A program made the position numbers and the translations under genes. From contig CASEKC010000001.1 in NCBI GenBank assembly GCA_949288485.1, positions 71,070-135,069 on the forward strand: a DNA stretch of 64,000 nt, given 5' to 3'. Origin of the DNA: an uncultured bacterium (GTDB lineage: Bacteria > Bacillota_I > Bacilli_A > RFN20 > CAG-826). How positions within the stretch are numbered: position 1 is the first letter of the stretch; the number at the start of each line of letters is the position of its first letter. A model generated the notes under the pieces. The model was not told the DNA's origin, made no database searches, and was given only the letters and a program-made list of their open reading frames with translations. This document shows, piece by piece, positions 8,742 to 18,239 of this stretch.

Positions 8742-10000
8742 CATTTTTAATAGAATTTTTAGGATGCAAAGTTAATAGTTATGAAGTTGAATGTATAGCC
8801 AATGAATTAGAAAATGAAGGTTATTCACTTTTTAATGAAGCAATACATAGCGAACCAACTTTAATTTTAATCAATACCTGCGCAGTAACACATACATCAG
8901 TTATTAAAGATAGAAAAATGATACGTCATTATAAAAATAAATATCCTAATTCACTTTTAATTGTTATGGGGTGCTATGCTTCTTTTGATGCTGATTATAT
9001 TTCGTCTACTTTAGGAGCTGATATTGTAATCGGAACTCAAAATAGAAACAAATTATTGGAACTTATTAATGACTATAAAACAACTAAAAAACCACTAATT
9101 ATTAAGAATAATAATGAATGGAAATATGAAGAGATAGAATTAGACCATTTTTTATTTAATACTAGAGCTTATGTAAAAATCCAAGATGGTTGTAATAATT
9201 TTTGCTCATACTGCTTAATTCCTTTTGTTCGTGGAAGATCAAGAAGTAGGAAAAAAGAAGATATTTTATATGAGATTTCGCGTTTAATTTCACATGGCTA
9301 TAAAGAAGTAGTCTTAACTGGAATTGATATGTCTTCTTATGGTTTTGATTTATATGATGATTTTAATTTTAGCGATCTTTTAGAATATATTTTAGAAAAC
9401 AATAAAGATTTATATCGTTTAAGAATTTCTAGTATTGAAGAAAGCAATATCGATGAAAAATTTTTAAAATTACTGGGAAAATATAAAAATATTGCTAATC
9501 ATTTGCATATTCCTCTTCAAAGTGGAAGTAAAAAAATAGTTGAAAGAATGAATAGGAAATATAATTTAAACGAATTCAAGGAAAAAATTAAAAAAATAAG
9601 ACAAATCCGTCCAGATATTGCGATTTCTACCGATATAATTGTTGGTTTTCCAGGTGAAACAGAAGAAGATTTCTTGGAAACTTATAATAATGCCAAAGAA
9701 ATAAATTTTTCTAAAATTCATGTTTTCCCTTTTTCGCCTAGGAAAGGTACTTTAGCTGAAAAAATGAAGGATCAAGTAGATGGTAACATTAAAAAAGAAC
9801 GTGTAAATCGATTAATTGAACTTTCTACAAAATTGGAAAAAGATTACGAAAATAAATTTATCGGACAAAAGATGGATTTTTTATTCGAATCCGGTGAAAA
9901 CAATATTTATAAAGGACACTCTTCAAATTTTTTAGAAATTAGCATTGATTCAAAAGAAAATATTAACGGAAAAATCATCGATTTTATCTATAAAAATTAG
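8720..10000 (+). CDS. mtaB: tRNA threonylcarbamoyladenosine methylthiotransferase MtaB (MiaB-like radical SAM)
   Basis: N-terminal FLGCKVN, the MTTase Cys residues and the radical SAM motif CNNFCSYC, plus a TRAM-like C-terminus. Corresponds to yqeV after rsmE. Confidence 0.8.
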   Translation: MQMEKDLTFLIEFLGCKVNSYEVECIANELENEGYSLFNEAIHSEPTLILINTCAVTHTSVIKDRKMIRHYKNKYPNSLLIVMGCYASFDADYISSTLGADIVIGTQNRNKLLELINDYKTTKKPLIIKNNNEWKYEEIELDHFLFNTRAYVKIQDGCNNFCSYCLIPFVRGRSRSRKKEDILYEISRLISHGYKEVVLTGIDMSSYGFDLYDDFNFSDLLEYILENNKDLYRLRISSIEESNIDEKFLKLLGKYKNIANHLHIPLQSGSKKIVERMNRKYNLNEFKEKIKKIRQIRPDIAISTDIIVGFPGETEEDFLETYNNAKEINFSKIHVFPFSPRKGTLAEKMKDQVDGNIKKERVNRLIELSTKLEKDYENKFIGQKMDFLFESGENNIYKGHSSNFLEISIDSKENINGKIIDFIYKN

Positions 10001-10081
10001 TTTTTACACTGTCAAATAAAATTAGTTGATTTTTAATTATATTTCTTTATAATAATCTTTGCATTTGGAGGATTATAAAAT

Positions 10082-10267
10082 ATGGCAGTACCTGCAAGAA
10101 GAACTAGTAAAACCGCTAAAAGAATGAGAAGATCTCATTTCAAATTAAGTGTAAATGGCGTTAGTGTTTGTTCACATTGTGGAGCTATTTGCAAACCACA
10201 TACAGTTTGTAAAAATTGTGGCTACTATGATGGCAAACAAATTATTAAAGTAAAAGGTTCAAAATAA
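10082..10267 (+). CDS. rpmF: 50S ribosomal protein L32
   Basis: [19 protein letters not shown]... with a C4 zinc ribbon. RBS GGAGG at 10066-10070. Confidence 0.9.
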   Translation: MAVPARRTSKTAKRMRRSHFKLSVNGVSVCSHCGAICKPHTVCKNCGYYDGKQIIKVKGSK

Positions 10268-10292
10268 GGCTCAAAATGAGTCTTTTTTTATA
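10268..10292 (+). terminator. rho-independent terminator AGGCTCA-aaa-TGAGTCTTTTTTT
   Basis: Stem with one G-U pair followed by T7. Confidence 0.45.
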
Positions 10293-10353
10293 CTATTTTA
10301 TATTAATAAGTATTATTTTTTGATAAAATATTTACATGTTTTAGGAGATTATT

Positions 10354-10995
10354 ATGGACTATAATAAATTAATTGATCACACATTATTAAAAGCTGACGC
10401 AACTGAAGAAGAAATTATTAAACTTTGTAAGGAAGCAAAAGAATATAATTTCATGTCTGTTTGTGTAAATCCTTGTTATATTGAAACAGCAAAAAAAGCA
10501 TTGGAAGGTAGTGATGTTAAAGTTTGTGTTGTTACTGGTTTCCCTTTAGGTGCTTCTAGACCTGAAGCTAAAGCTTTTGAAAGTAAAGATGCTGTTGAAC
10601 ATGGTGCTGATGAAGTTGATGTCGTTATTAATATTGGTGCTTTAAAAGATCATAAAGACGATTACGTTTTAAATGAATTAAAAATGGTTCGTGAAGCTAT
10701 TCCAAATACAGTTTTAAAAGTTATTATTGAATGCTGCTTATTAAATGAAGAAGAAATTGTAAGAGCTTCAAGACTTGTAAAAGAATCAGGTGCTGATTTT
10801 GTTAAAACATCAACTGGTTTCTCAAAATGGGGTGCAAAATTAGAGGATGTCGCTTTAATGAGAAAAACCGTCGGTCCAAATATGGGTGTCAAAGCAGCAG
10901 GAGGAGTTAAAACTCACGAAGATATGATTAAATTTGTTGAAGCTGGTGCTACACGTATTGGAACAAGTAATGGCGTCGCTTTAATGAAGAAATAA
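10354..10995 (+). CDS. deoC: deoxyribose-phosphate aldolase
   Basis: DeoC fold motifs (VCVNP, GFPLGA, KTSTGF, AAGGV). Confidence 0.9.
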   Translation: MDYNKLIDHTLLKADATEEEIIKLCKEAKEYNFMSVCVNPCYIETAKKALEGSDVKVCVVTGFPLGASRPEAKAFESKDAVEHGADEVDVVINIGALKDHKDDYVLNELKMVREAIPNTVLKVIIECCLLNEEEIVRASRLVKESGADFVKTSTGFSKWGAKLEDVALMRKTVGPNMGVKAAGGVKTHEDMIKFVEAGATRIGTSNGVALMKK

Positions 10996-11026
10996 TCTTT
11001 AAATTCTGATTTTTTCCGAATTTTTG

Positions 11027-11055
11027 TTGATTTTCTAATGTTTTTTTAGTATATT
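11027..11055 (+). promoter_or_regulatory. putative sigma-70 promoter TTGATT-N17-TATATT for rpsU
   Basis: Hexamers at 11027-11032 and 11050-11055, with RBS AAGGAGGTGA at 11070-11079. Confidence 0.45.
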
Positions 11056-11085
11056 ATTTTAACATGTCAAAGGAGGTGAAGGTAT

Positions 11086-11259
11086 ATGTCAAAAGTCGTA
11101 GTTAGAGAAGGTGAAACTTTAGATGAAGCTTTAAGAAGATTCAAAAGACAAGTTAATAAAGCTGGAACCATCCAAGAATGTCGTAGAAGAGAATGCTTTT
11201 TAAAAAAATCATTAAAAAGAAAATTAAAGAGCGAAAATGCTAGAAAAAAGTATAGATAA
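11086..11259 (+). CDS. rpsU: 30S ribosomal protein S21 (57 aa, missed by the 60-aa ORF cutoff)
   Basis: Translates to [57 protein letters not shown], an S21 signature. Strong RBS. Confidence 0.85.
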   Translation: MSKVVVREGETLDEALRRFKRQVNKAGTIQECRRRECFLKKSLKRKLKSENARKKYR

Positions 11260-11262
11260 GAA

Positions 11263-11290
11263 GAATCCTCATTAAGTTGAGGATTTTTTT
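11263..11290 (+). terminator. rho-independent terminator GAATCCTCA-ttaagt-TGAGGATTC followed by T8
   Basis: Perfect 9-bp stem plus T tract directly after rpsU. Confidence 0.7.
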
Positions 11291-11345
11291 AATAAAAAAA
11301 TGCATAAATTTTTTATTTTTAGCCTTCTTGTATATAGAAGGAGAA
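11291..11345 (+). repeat. copy 1 of a ~60-bp leader element: A7-TGCATAAATTTT-N8-AGCcTTCTTGTATA-ta-GAAGGAG
   Basis: Shares TGCATAAATTTT and AGCnTTCTTGTATA blocks, at the same spacing, with the reverse complements of 37194-37262 and 60844-60905. CCTTCT (11323-11328) can pair with AGAAGG (11336-11341), which overlaps the SD. Confidence 0.5.
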
Positions 11346-11349
11346 ATTT

Positions 11350-12540
11350 ATGAGTTATTTTATTAGACAAATTGGAGAAAAAGATTGCGCAATTACTTCA
11401 CTTAAAATTTTATTAGCAAATATTTATAAAAGAAAAGATTTTCTTTTTTATCCTCAGGCAAACATAAATGAGGCGCTATCTTTAAAAGATGTAATTAGAA
11501 TAGCTAAAAATGAAGGTGTAGTTTTAAGTGCTTATCGATTGAAAAACAAAAATGAAATTAAAGAATTAAAGCATAAAAAATCTTTAATAGTCATTAAAAG
11601 AAGGAATATACTTCATTTGATTTATTTGAAAAATATCAAAAGAAGAGGAGTCGTAATTTTAGATCCAAAAATCGGAAAAGTATTTATGAAGTTTCAAGAT
11701 TTTTTCGAAATTTGGAATGGAGAAGTATTAGAAACAGTAAAAGTTAATGGAAGTAATTTTAATATTAAAAAGAAAAGAATCATTCATTTATATAAAGAAA
11801 TATTAATGATAGCTTTTCAAATTTTTACTTATTCTTTATTTTTGTGTGGATTATATTTTATTAATAATACGGTAGATTTTTTAATTCCTTTGGTTTTATT
11901 TATCTCTTTTATTTTTTCTTTACTATTATTTAATTATCTCTTAATAAATTTTATGAAAAAGATAGATAACGATTTATTTAAAGGAATTTATCGAAGTGAA
12001 GGAAATTTAAAGGAAAAATATTTAAAAATCACTAAATTAAAAACATTAATATTTACTTCACCTTTAGAACTAATATCATCTATTTTGTTAGTGACTTTTT
12101 CATTAAGTATTTTAGGTATCAATAGTTATTTAAGTTTAATAATTGCCTTTTTTGTTTTATTTATTCAATTTTTATTAAAAGTTATTAGTTCTTCGTATTT
12201 GGATTATAGAAAAAATTATATTGAAAATTGTGAAAATAATTTATTTTTAAGCGAAAATGAAGAAAATGCCTTATCTAATTTTAAAGTATTAAATGATGAA
12301 GTATATAAATTTATAACTTTAAATAATTTAAAAAAATTTTTACTAATTTTAATAATTATTGTTGGATGCTTATTTCTATGTTCCTTTGAAAAAGAAATTT
12401 CCTTAAATTATCTTTTATTTCATGTTTTTGCAATTTATTATATTTCATCTAATTTTGATAAGATTTTAGATTTTAATAAAAATTATGAAGAATTAAATTA
12501 TTTAAAATCGATTTACTATTATTATTCGAAAACTTATTAA
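11350..12540 (+). CDS. standalone peptidase C39-like domain membrane protein (no ABC ATPase domain)
   Basis: N-terminal IRQIGEKDCAITSLKILL (Q...DC of the C39 bacteriocin-processing peptidase), candidate His (NILHLIYL) and Asp (VVILDP), then about five TM helices. Stops 28 nt before ybeY with no nucleotide-binding domain. Confidence 0.6.
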   Translation: MSYFIRQIGEKDCAITSLKILLANIYKRKDFLFYPQANINEALSLKDVIRIAKNEGVVLSAYRLKNKNEIKELKHKKSLIVIKRRNILHLIYLKNIKRRGVVILDPKIGKVFMKFQDFFEIWNGEVLETVKVNGSNFNIKKKRIIHLYKEILMIAFQIFTYSLFLCGLYFINNTVDFLIPLVLFISFIFSLLLFNYLLINFMKKIDNDLFKGIYRSEGNLKEKYLKITKLKTLIFTSPLELISSILLVTFSLSILGINSYLSLIIAFFVLFIQFLLKVISSSYLDYRKNYIENCENNLFLSENEENALSNFKVLNDEVYKFITLNNLKKFLLILIIIVGCLFLCSFEKEISLNYLLFHVFAIYYISSNFDKILDFNKNYEELNYLKSIYYYYSKTY

Positions 12541-12568
12541 GTATAAATTCTTTTTTTGTTATAATAGT

Positions 12569-13039
12569 TTGGCTATGGAACTTTATATTAATAACACATT
12601 AGACATTGATTTAATCGATTACGAGCCAATTTTTACAAAATTATTAAATAAAACTTTTAAAATATTATCTTTAAATGATAATGTTATTTGTTCGGTTACT
12701 TTTGTTGATGTTGAAACAATACATAAAATTAATAAAGAATATCGAAATATTGATAGACCAACAGATGTAATTTCCTTTGCTTTTTTAGATGATAAAAACG
12801 AGATAATTAAAGGCGATATCCCTTTAGATATTGGCGAAATGTATATTTGTTATGAAGTTGCTGATGAAAATAGAAAAAAATATAATAATTCAATTGAAAG
12901 AGAAATATGTTTTCTGTTTGTACACGGACTTTTACATCTTTTAGGATATGATCATATGGAAAAAGAAGATGAAGAAGTAATGTTTGCTTTACAAGATGAA
13001 ATTTTAGAAGGAGAAGATCTATGGATAAAAAAGAATTAG
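12569..13039 (+). CDS. ybeY: rRNA maturation endoribonuclease YbeY
   Basis: HGLLHLLGYDH zinc motif. Extended -10 (tTGtTATAAT) at about 12555-12564. Confidence 0.85.
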   Translation: MAMELYINNTLDIDLIDYEPIFTKLLNKTFKILSLNDNVICSVTFVDVETIHKINKEYRNIDRPTDVISFAFLDDKNEIIKGDIPLDIGEMYICYEVADENRKKYNNSIEREICFLFVHGLLHLLGYDHMEKEDEEVMFALQDEILEGEDLWIKKN

Positions 13040-13419
13040 TTAATGAAGCGATTAAAGCTAGAGAAAATGCTTTTGTTCCTTATTCAAAATTTAAAGTTGG
13101 GGCTAGTCTTTTAACGAAAGATGGAAGAATTTTTATTGGTTCTAACATGGAGTCGGCTTCTTATGGATTAACTTTATGTGCTGAAAGAAACTGTATTTTT
13201 GGAGCATATGCACGTGGAGTAAGAAAGGATGATATAGTTGCTTTTGCGGTCGTTGCTGATACTAATGGTCCTGTTTCTCCATGCGGAGCATGTAGACAAG
13301 TAATTGCTGAATATATCAATAAAGATGTACCAATTTACTTAGCAAATTTAAAAGGCGATATTATTGAATATAAAAGCGGTGAATTAATTCCTTATTTCTT
13401 TGATGGGAGCGAATTATAA
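13021..13419 (+). CDS. cdd: cytidine deaminase
   Basis: CAERN...PCGACRQ zinc-binding motifs. ybeY-cdd-era order. Confidence 0.85.
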   Translation: MDKKELVNEAIKARENAFVPYSKFKVGASLLTKDGRIFIGSNMESASYGLTLCAERNCIFGAYARGVRKDDIVAFAVVADTNGPVSPCGACRQVIAEYINKDVPIYLANLKGDIIEYKSGELIPYFFDGSEL

Positions 13420-13420
13420 G

Positions 13421-14290
13421 ATGAAAAGCGGATTTGTAACAATTTTAGGGCGACCAAATGTTGGAAAATCCACATTAATCAATACTATAATTGGTAAGAA
13501 AATATCTATTATTAGTCCAAAAAGTCAAACAACTAGAGATGCAATTCAAGGTATTTATAATGATGAAGATTCTCAAATAATTTTTGTAGATACTCCTGGA
13601 ATTCATAAGCCTAAAACCGAATTAGAAAAAGAAATGGATAAAATCGCTTATTATAATGCTAAAAATAACGATTTAGTTTTATTAATGGTCGATGCATCAA
13701 AGAGATTTTCTGATTCAGATTTATTTATAAGTAAAAATGTTCGATTTACAACACCTGTTATTATTGTTTTTAGTAAAATTGATTTAACTAATGTTTTATT
13801 AATAAATGAATTAAAAGAAAAATATAAAGAATTTTTTCCAAATTCTGAAATGGTTGAAATTTCTTCTCTTGAAAATTTTAATATCGATTTTTTAATTTCA
13901 AGAATTAAATCATATTTACCAGAAGGACCACAATATTATGATGCAAATACAATAACTAATCGTGATTTTACATTTATGGTCCAAGAAATAATAAGAGAAA
14001 AAATTTTAAAGCTATTAAAAGAAGAAGTTCCTCATTCAATCGCCGTAATATGTGATGAGATTTCTTTTTCAACTGGGAAAAATATATTTGCAAAAATAAT
14101 TGTTGAAAAAGAATCGCAAAAAGGAATAATTATCGGAAAAAAAGGCTCGATGATCAAAAAGATAGGAATTGAGTCTAGAAAAGATATTGAAAAATTACTT
14201 GGATATAATATTAATCTAGAGCTTTTAGTACAAGTAGTGGAAAACTGGAAGAATTCTAGTAGTTTTTTAGCAAAACTTGGATACAAATAA
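13421..14290 (+). CDS. era: GTPase Era
   Basis: GRPNVGKST G1 motif and a C-terminal KH domain. The track start at 13400 is also possible. Confidence 0.9.
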   Translation: MKSGFVTILGRPNVGKSTLINTIIGKKISIISPKSQTTRDAIQGIYNDEDSQIIFVDTPGIHKPKTELEKEMDKIAYYNAKNNDLVLLMVDASKRFSDSDLFISKNVRFTTPVIIVFSKIDLTNVLLINELKEKYKEFFPNSEMVEISSLENFNIDFLISRIKSYLPEGPQYYDANTITNRDFTFMVQEIIREKILKLLKEEVPHSIAVICDEISFSTGKNIFAKIIVEKESQKGIIIGKKGSMIKKIGIESRKDIEKLLGYNINLELLVQVVENWKNSSSFLAKLGYK

Positions 14291-14295
14291 TTTTA

Positions 14296-14889
14296 ATGGA
14301 AACTATAAATGGAATTATTATTTCGATAAATGAATATAAAGATAAGGAATTTATTGTTTCAATTTTAAGTAATGAAGCTTTATATTCAGCTTCAATTACA
14401 AGAAATAAAAGAAGGGAAAATACTTCTTTAAATATTTTTTCATTCGGTGAATTTGTTTTATATAAAGGCCCAACAAAATATTTTAAAATTAAAAATTTTT
14501 ATCCAAGAAAAATACTTGTAAATGTTTATGATTCTTTTGATAGATTATTAGTTTTAGATTTCTTAACAGAAATTTTAAATAAAATTAACTATGAAACCAT
14601 AAATATATCTAAATTATTTTCACTTTTAAAATTTACTTTAACAAATTTAGACAATTTATCAGTTGATAGTAATTTAATAACGCTTTACTTTTTTTATAAT
14701 CTATTAATTGAGCTTGGCTTAGATCCGACTTATACAAAACTTTATAATAATATAGATGTTGATCTTTTAAATTTGGATTTAACGAAAAGAATTGACAAAA
14801 AAACTTTTCTAATTTTATTTCGATTTTTTTCTAAGATTTTACACGATTATCTCGGCGTTTATCTTAATTCTTATTATAATTTTAAATAA
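14296..14889 (+). CDS. recO: DNA repair protein RecO (short form, 197 aa)
   Basis: Conserved position after era. N-terminal OB-fold-like region. Shorter than a typical RecO. Confidence 0.5.
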   Translation: METINGIIISINEYKDKEFIVSILSNEALYSASITRNKRRENTSLNIFSFGEFVLYKGPTKYFKIKNFYPRKILVNVYDSFDRLLVLDFLTEILNKINYETINISKLFSLLKFTLTNLDNLSVDSNLITLYFFYNLLIELGLDPTYTKLYNNIDVDLLNLDLTKRIDKKTFLILFRFFSKILHDYLGVYLNSYYNFK

Positions 14890-14923
14890 CTTTTTTAATC
14901 ATTTTACATACTCCTATAATACA

Positions 14924-14952
14924 TTGACTACAACCTATTATTTAATTAAAAT
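14924..14952 (+). promoter_or_regulatory. putative sigma-70 promoter TTGACT-N17-TAAAAT for glyQS
   Basis: Hexamers at 14924-14929 and 14947-14952. The intergenic region is only 85 nt, so there is no T-box leader. Confidence 0.4.
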
Positions 14953-14974
14953 TTTATGATTTCGGAGAAAAAAT

Positions 14975-16342
14975 ATGGAAAAAAGTTTTGAAAATATTGT
15001 TACACATTTACAAACAACAGGTTATGTTTTCCAAGGAAGCCAAATTTATGGTGGACTTGCAAATACATGGGATTATGGCCCTTTAGGAAGTCAATTAAAA
15101 AAGAATTTAAAAGATTTATGGTGGAAGAAATTCGTTCAAGAATCTGACTTAAATGTTGGTATTGATTCAGCTATTTTAATGAATCCAAATGTCTGGGTTG
15201 CTACTGGACACGTCCAAACATTTAACGATCCACAAATCGAATGTAAAAAATGTCATTCTAGATATAGAGCTGATCAACTTATTAGTGATCAATTTAAAGA
15301 TGTCGATGTAGATGGAATGACTTATGATGATTTAAACGAATTTATTAAAACACATGAAGTTAAATGTCCAACTTGTGGCCAACATGATTTTACAGATATT
15401 AAAAAATTTAACTTAATGTTTAAAACCCATATGGGAGTAACTGAAGATAGTAGTGCTGAAGTTTATCTTCGTCCTGAAACAGCTCAAGGTGTTTTTGTAA
15501 ACTTTAAAAATGTTCAAAGAGTTACTAGAAAAAAACTTCCTTTTGGTATTGCGAACACAGGTAAAGCTTTTAGAAATGAAATTACTCCAGGGAATTTTAC
15601 ATTTAGAACAAGAGAATTTGAACAAATGGAATTAGAATTCTTCTGTCAACCTGGCACTGATTTAAAATGGTTTGAGTATTGGAAAAAATATTGTATAGAT
15701 TTCGTTGAAGGTTTGGGGATTAGTCCAAATAATCTTAGATACAGAGATCATGAACCAGAAGAGTTAGCTTTTTATTCAAGAGCAACAACCGATATTGAAT
15801 ATTTATTTCCGTTTGGCTGGGGTGAAGTTTGGGGTATTGCTGATAGAACAGACTATGATTTGAAAAGACATCAGGAATATTCAAAAGAAAGTTTAGAATA
15901 TTTTGATTCTGAAACAAATTCTAAATATATTCCTTATTGCATTGAACCATCATTAGGTCTCGATAGATTATTTTTAATGGTTGTTTGCGATGCTTATGAT
16001 GAAGAAAAGTTAGAAAATGGCGAAATAAGAAAAGTAATGCATTTAAATAAGAAAATCGCTCCAATTACTGCTGCAGTTTTACCTTTAAGTAAACAATTAA
16101 GCGAAAAAGCAAAAGAAATCTTCCATTCTTTAAGAGAAGATTTCAATGTATCTTTCGATGAAACTGGTAGTATTGGTAAAAGATATAGAAGAAATGATGA
16201 AATCGGTACACCATACTGTATCACTTATGATTTTAATTCTTTTGATACTAATAAAGTCACAGTTAGAGATAGAGATACAATGTCTCAAGATTTAGTTGAT
16301 ATTAACGATTTAAAGGAATATTTAATTGGAAAACTTAAATAA
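14975..16342 (+). CDS. glyQS: glycine--tRNA ligase (dimeric class II GlyQS type)
   Basis: Class II aaRS motifs and the anticodon-binding C-terminus. era-recO-gly-dnaG-sigA synteny. Confidence 0.9.
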   Translation: MEKSFENIVTHLQTTGYVFQGSQIYGGLANTWDYGPLGSQLKKNLKDLWWKKFVQESDLNVGIDSAILMNPNVWVATGHVQTFNDPQIECKKCHSRYRADQLISDQFKDVDVDGMTYDDLNEFIKTHEVKCPTCGQHDFTDIKKFNLMFKTHMGVTEDSSAEVYLRPETAQGVFVNFKNVQRVTRKKLPFGIANTGKAFRNEITPGNFTFRTREFEQMELEFFCQPGTDLKWFEYWKKYCIDFVEGLGISPNNLRYRDHEPEELAFYSRATTDIEYLFPFGWGEVWGIADRTDYDLKRHQEYSKESLEYFDSETNSKYIPYCIEPSLGLDRLFLMVVCDAYDEEKLENGEIRKVMHLNKKIAPITAAVLPLSKQLSEKAKEIFHSLREDFNVSFDETGSIGKRYRRNDEIGTPYCITYDFNSFDTNKVTVRDRDTMSQDLVDINDLKEYLIGKLK

Positions 16343-18239
16343 AAATAACCAAAATACTGATTTATTCGATTCAATTTTAAGAAAAGTCGATATCGTTGAT
16401 ATTATCGGACATTACTTAAATTTAGAAAAAAAAGGACGTAATTATACTGCTTTATGTCCTTTTCATGATGATAAACAACTAGGTAACTTTTTTGTTTCTC
16501 AAGAAAAACAAGTTTTTAAATGTTTTGCTTGTAATAAAAGTGGTAATGCGATTGCATTTGTAAAAGAAAAAGAAAGATGTTCTTGGATTGAAGCAGCAAA
16601 AAAGGTTTGCGAAATCGCTAATATTGTTGAACCAGGATTGGAAAATTTTAAAGAAACAAAAAAAGATCCTAAAGTTGAGAAAACTTTGCAAATTTTAAAA
16701 GATATTTCACTTTTTTATTCATTATCTCTTTTTCAAAGTGATGAAGGAAAAGACGCTTTAAATTATTTGCATAATAGAGGCTTAAATGATGATATTATTC
16801 GACATTTTGGAATTGGTTATGCTTTAAAAGATGGTTCGAAGGTTATTGAATTCTTAACGAAAGAAAAAAATTATTCGTTAAAAGAAATTGATGAAACCGG
16901 AATTATTGATTTAAAAAACAATGTTATAAAAGATAAAAATTATGGCCGTATAGCTTTTTTTATAAAAAATAGTAATAACGAAGTTTGCGGTTTTAGTTGC
17001 AGAATATTTGGCGATAAAAAATCTGATGCTAAATACGTTAATACCTCAAGTACAATTGTTTTTAATAAATCCAATATTTTATATAACTATTTCGACGCTA
17101 TTAGTGAAAGTGCGAAAGTAGGGTATGTATATTTATTAGAAGGATTTATGGATGTTATTGCTTGTTATCGAGCAAACATTAAAAGTGCAGTTGGACTTAT
17201 GGGAACCTCACTAACGAAAAATCATTTAAAAATGTTAAAAGATTTGAAATGTGAAGTTCGTTTATGTCTAGATTTAGATAAACCTGGTCAGAATGCAATG
17301 TATAAAGCTTTTCCTTTATTAGAAAGTTATTCAATTCCTTATCGAGTTGTTAATAATGATGTTGATTTTAATTATAAGGATAGCGATGAAATTATAGATC
17401 ATCTAGGAAATGAAAAATTAATATCATATTTATCAAATGTGACTGATAAATTAAATTGGTTAGTTAATTATTTTAAGAAAAATCTTGATTTAAATATTTT
17501 AGAAAACAAAGAGAAGATGATTAATTTCTTCGTTACAATTCTAAAAAATAACGCTGATCAAATTTTAGTTGATTCCTATATAAAGGAATTAGAAAAAGTT
17601 ACAAATGTCTCTTATAACGTTATTAAAGACATGATTGATAAAGCAAAATTAGATACGAGTATCAACGTAGATAATTTTGAAATCGAAGATAAAGAATATA
17701 TAGATGAATTTGAATCTTCTAAAAATGAAATTAAAAGAACAAAATTACGTGAATCTAAAATTATAAAATCGGAGCGTTTGCTCCTAAGTTATATGTTAAA
17801 AAATGAAGAAGCAATTTCAATTTTTAAAGAAAAAATTAATTCATTTTATACTCCGATATTTAGCGAACTATATGAGATAGTTTCACAGTATATAAATGAA
17901 AAAAATGATTTTGCCTTTAGTAAAGATAAATTAGAAAATATCGTTAATAGTTCTTCATGTGATAAAAAAGAAGATTTAAAAATAGAAATTAGCAAGATCT
18001 TCACATTAAAAAATTATGATTCTTACAGTAAAGATATTGTTGAAGAGTTAATTGAAAATATTAAATTTGAACGAAATTTAATAAATATTAAAAAAAGTAA
18101 TCAGGAATTACTTAAAAATAAAAATGGTGACAGTGATGAATATTTACTTTCATTATTATCATCATCAAAAAATAAAATGGCAGAAAAAACGGCCTATGAA
18201 AGGGGGAAATATGGCAAAAACAGCAAAAAAATTGGATAA
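16326..18239 (+). CDS. dnaG: DNA primase DnaG
   Basis: Zinc ribbon CPFHDDKQ...CFAC and a TOPRIM domain. Probable TTG start at 16326 overlapping the glyQS stop. Confidence 0.85.
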   Translation: MENLNKNNQNTDLFDSILRKVDIVDIIGHYLNLEKKGRNYTALCPFHDDKQLGNFFVSQEKQVFKCFACNKSGNAIAFVKEKERCSWIEAAKKVCEIANIVEPGLENFKETKKDPKVEKTLQILKDISLFYSLSLFQSDEGKDALNYLHNRGLNDDIIRHFGIGYALKDGSKVIEFLTKEKNYSLKEIDETGIIDLKNNVIKDKNYGRIAFFIKNSNNEVCGFSCRIFGDKKSDAKYVNTSSTIVFNKSNILYNYFDAISESAKVGYVYLLEGFMDVIACYRANIKSAVGLMGTSLTKNHLKMLKDLKCEVRLCLDLDKPGQNAMYKAFPLLESYSIPYRVVNNDVDFNYKDSDEIIDHLGNEKLISYLSNVTDKLNWLVNYFKKNLDLNILENKEKMINFFVTILKNNADQILVDSYIKELEKVTNVSYNVIKDMIDKAKLDTSINVDNFEIEDKEYIDEFESSKNEIKRTKLRESKIIKSERLLLSYMLKNEEAISIFKEKINSFYTPIFSELYEIVSQYINEKNDFAFSKDKLENIVNSSSCDKKEDLKIEISKIFTLKNYDSYSKDIVEELIENIKFERNLINIKKSNQELLKNKNGDSDEYLLSLLSSSKNKMAEKTAYERGKYGKNSKKIG

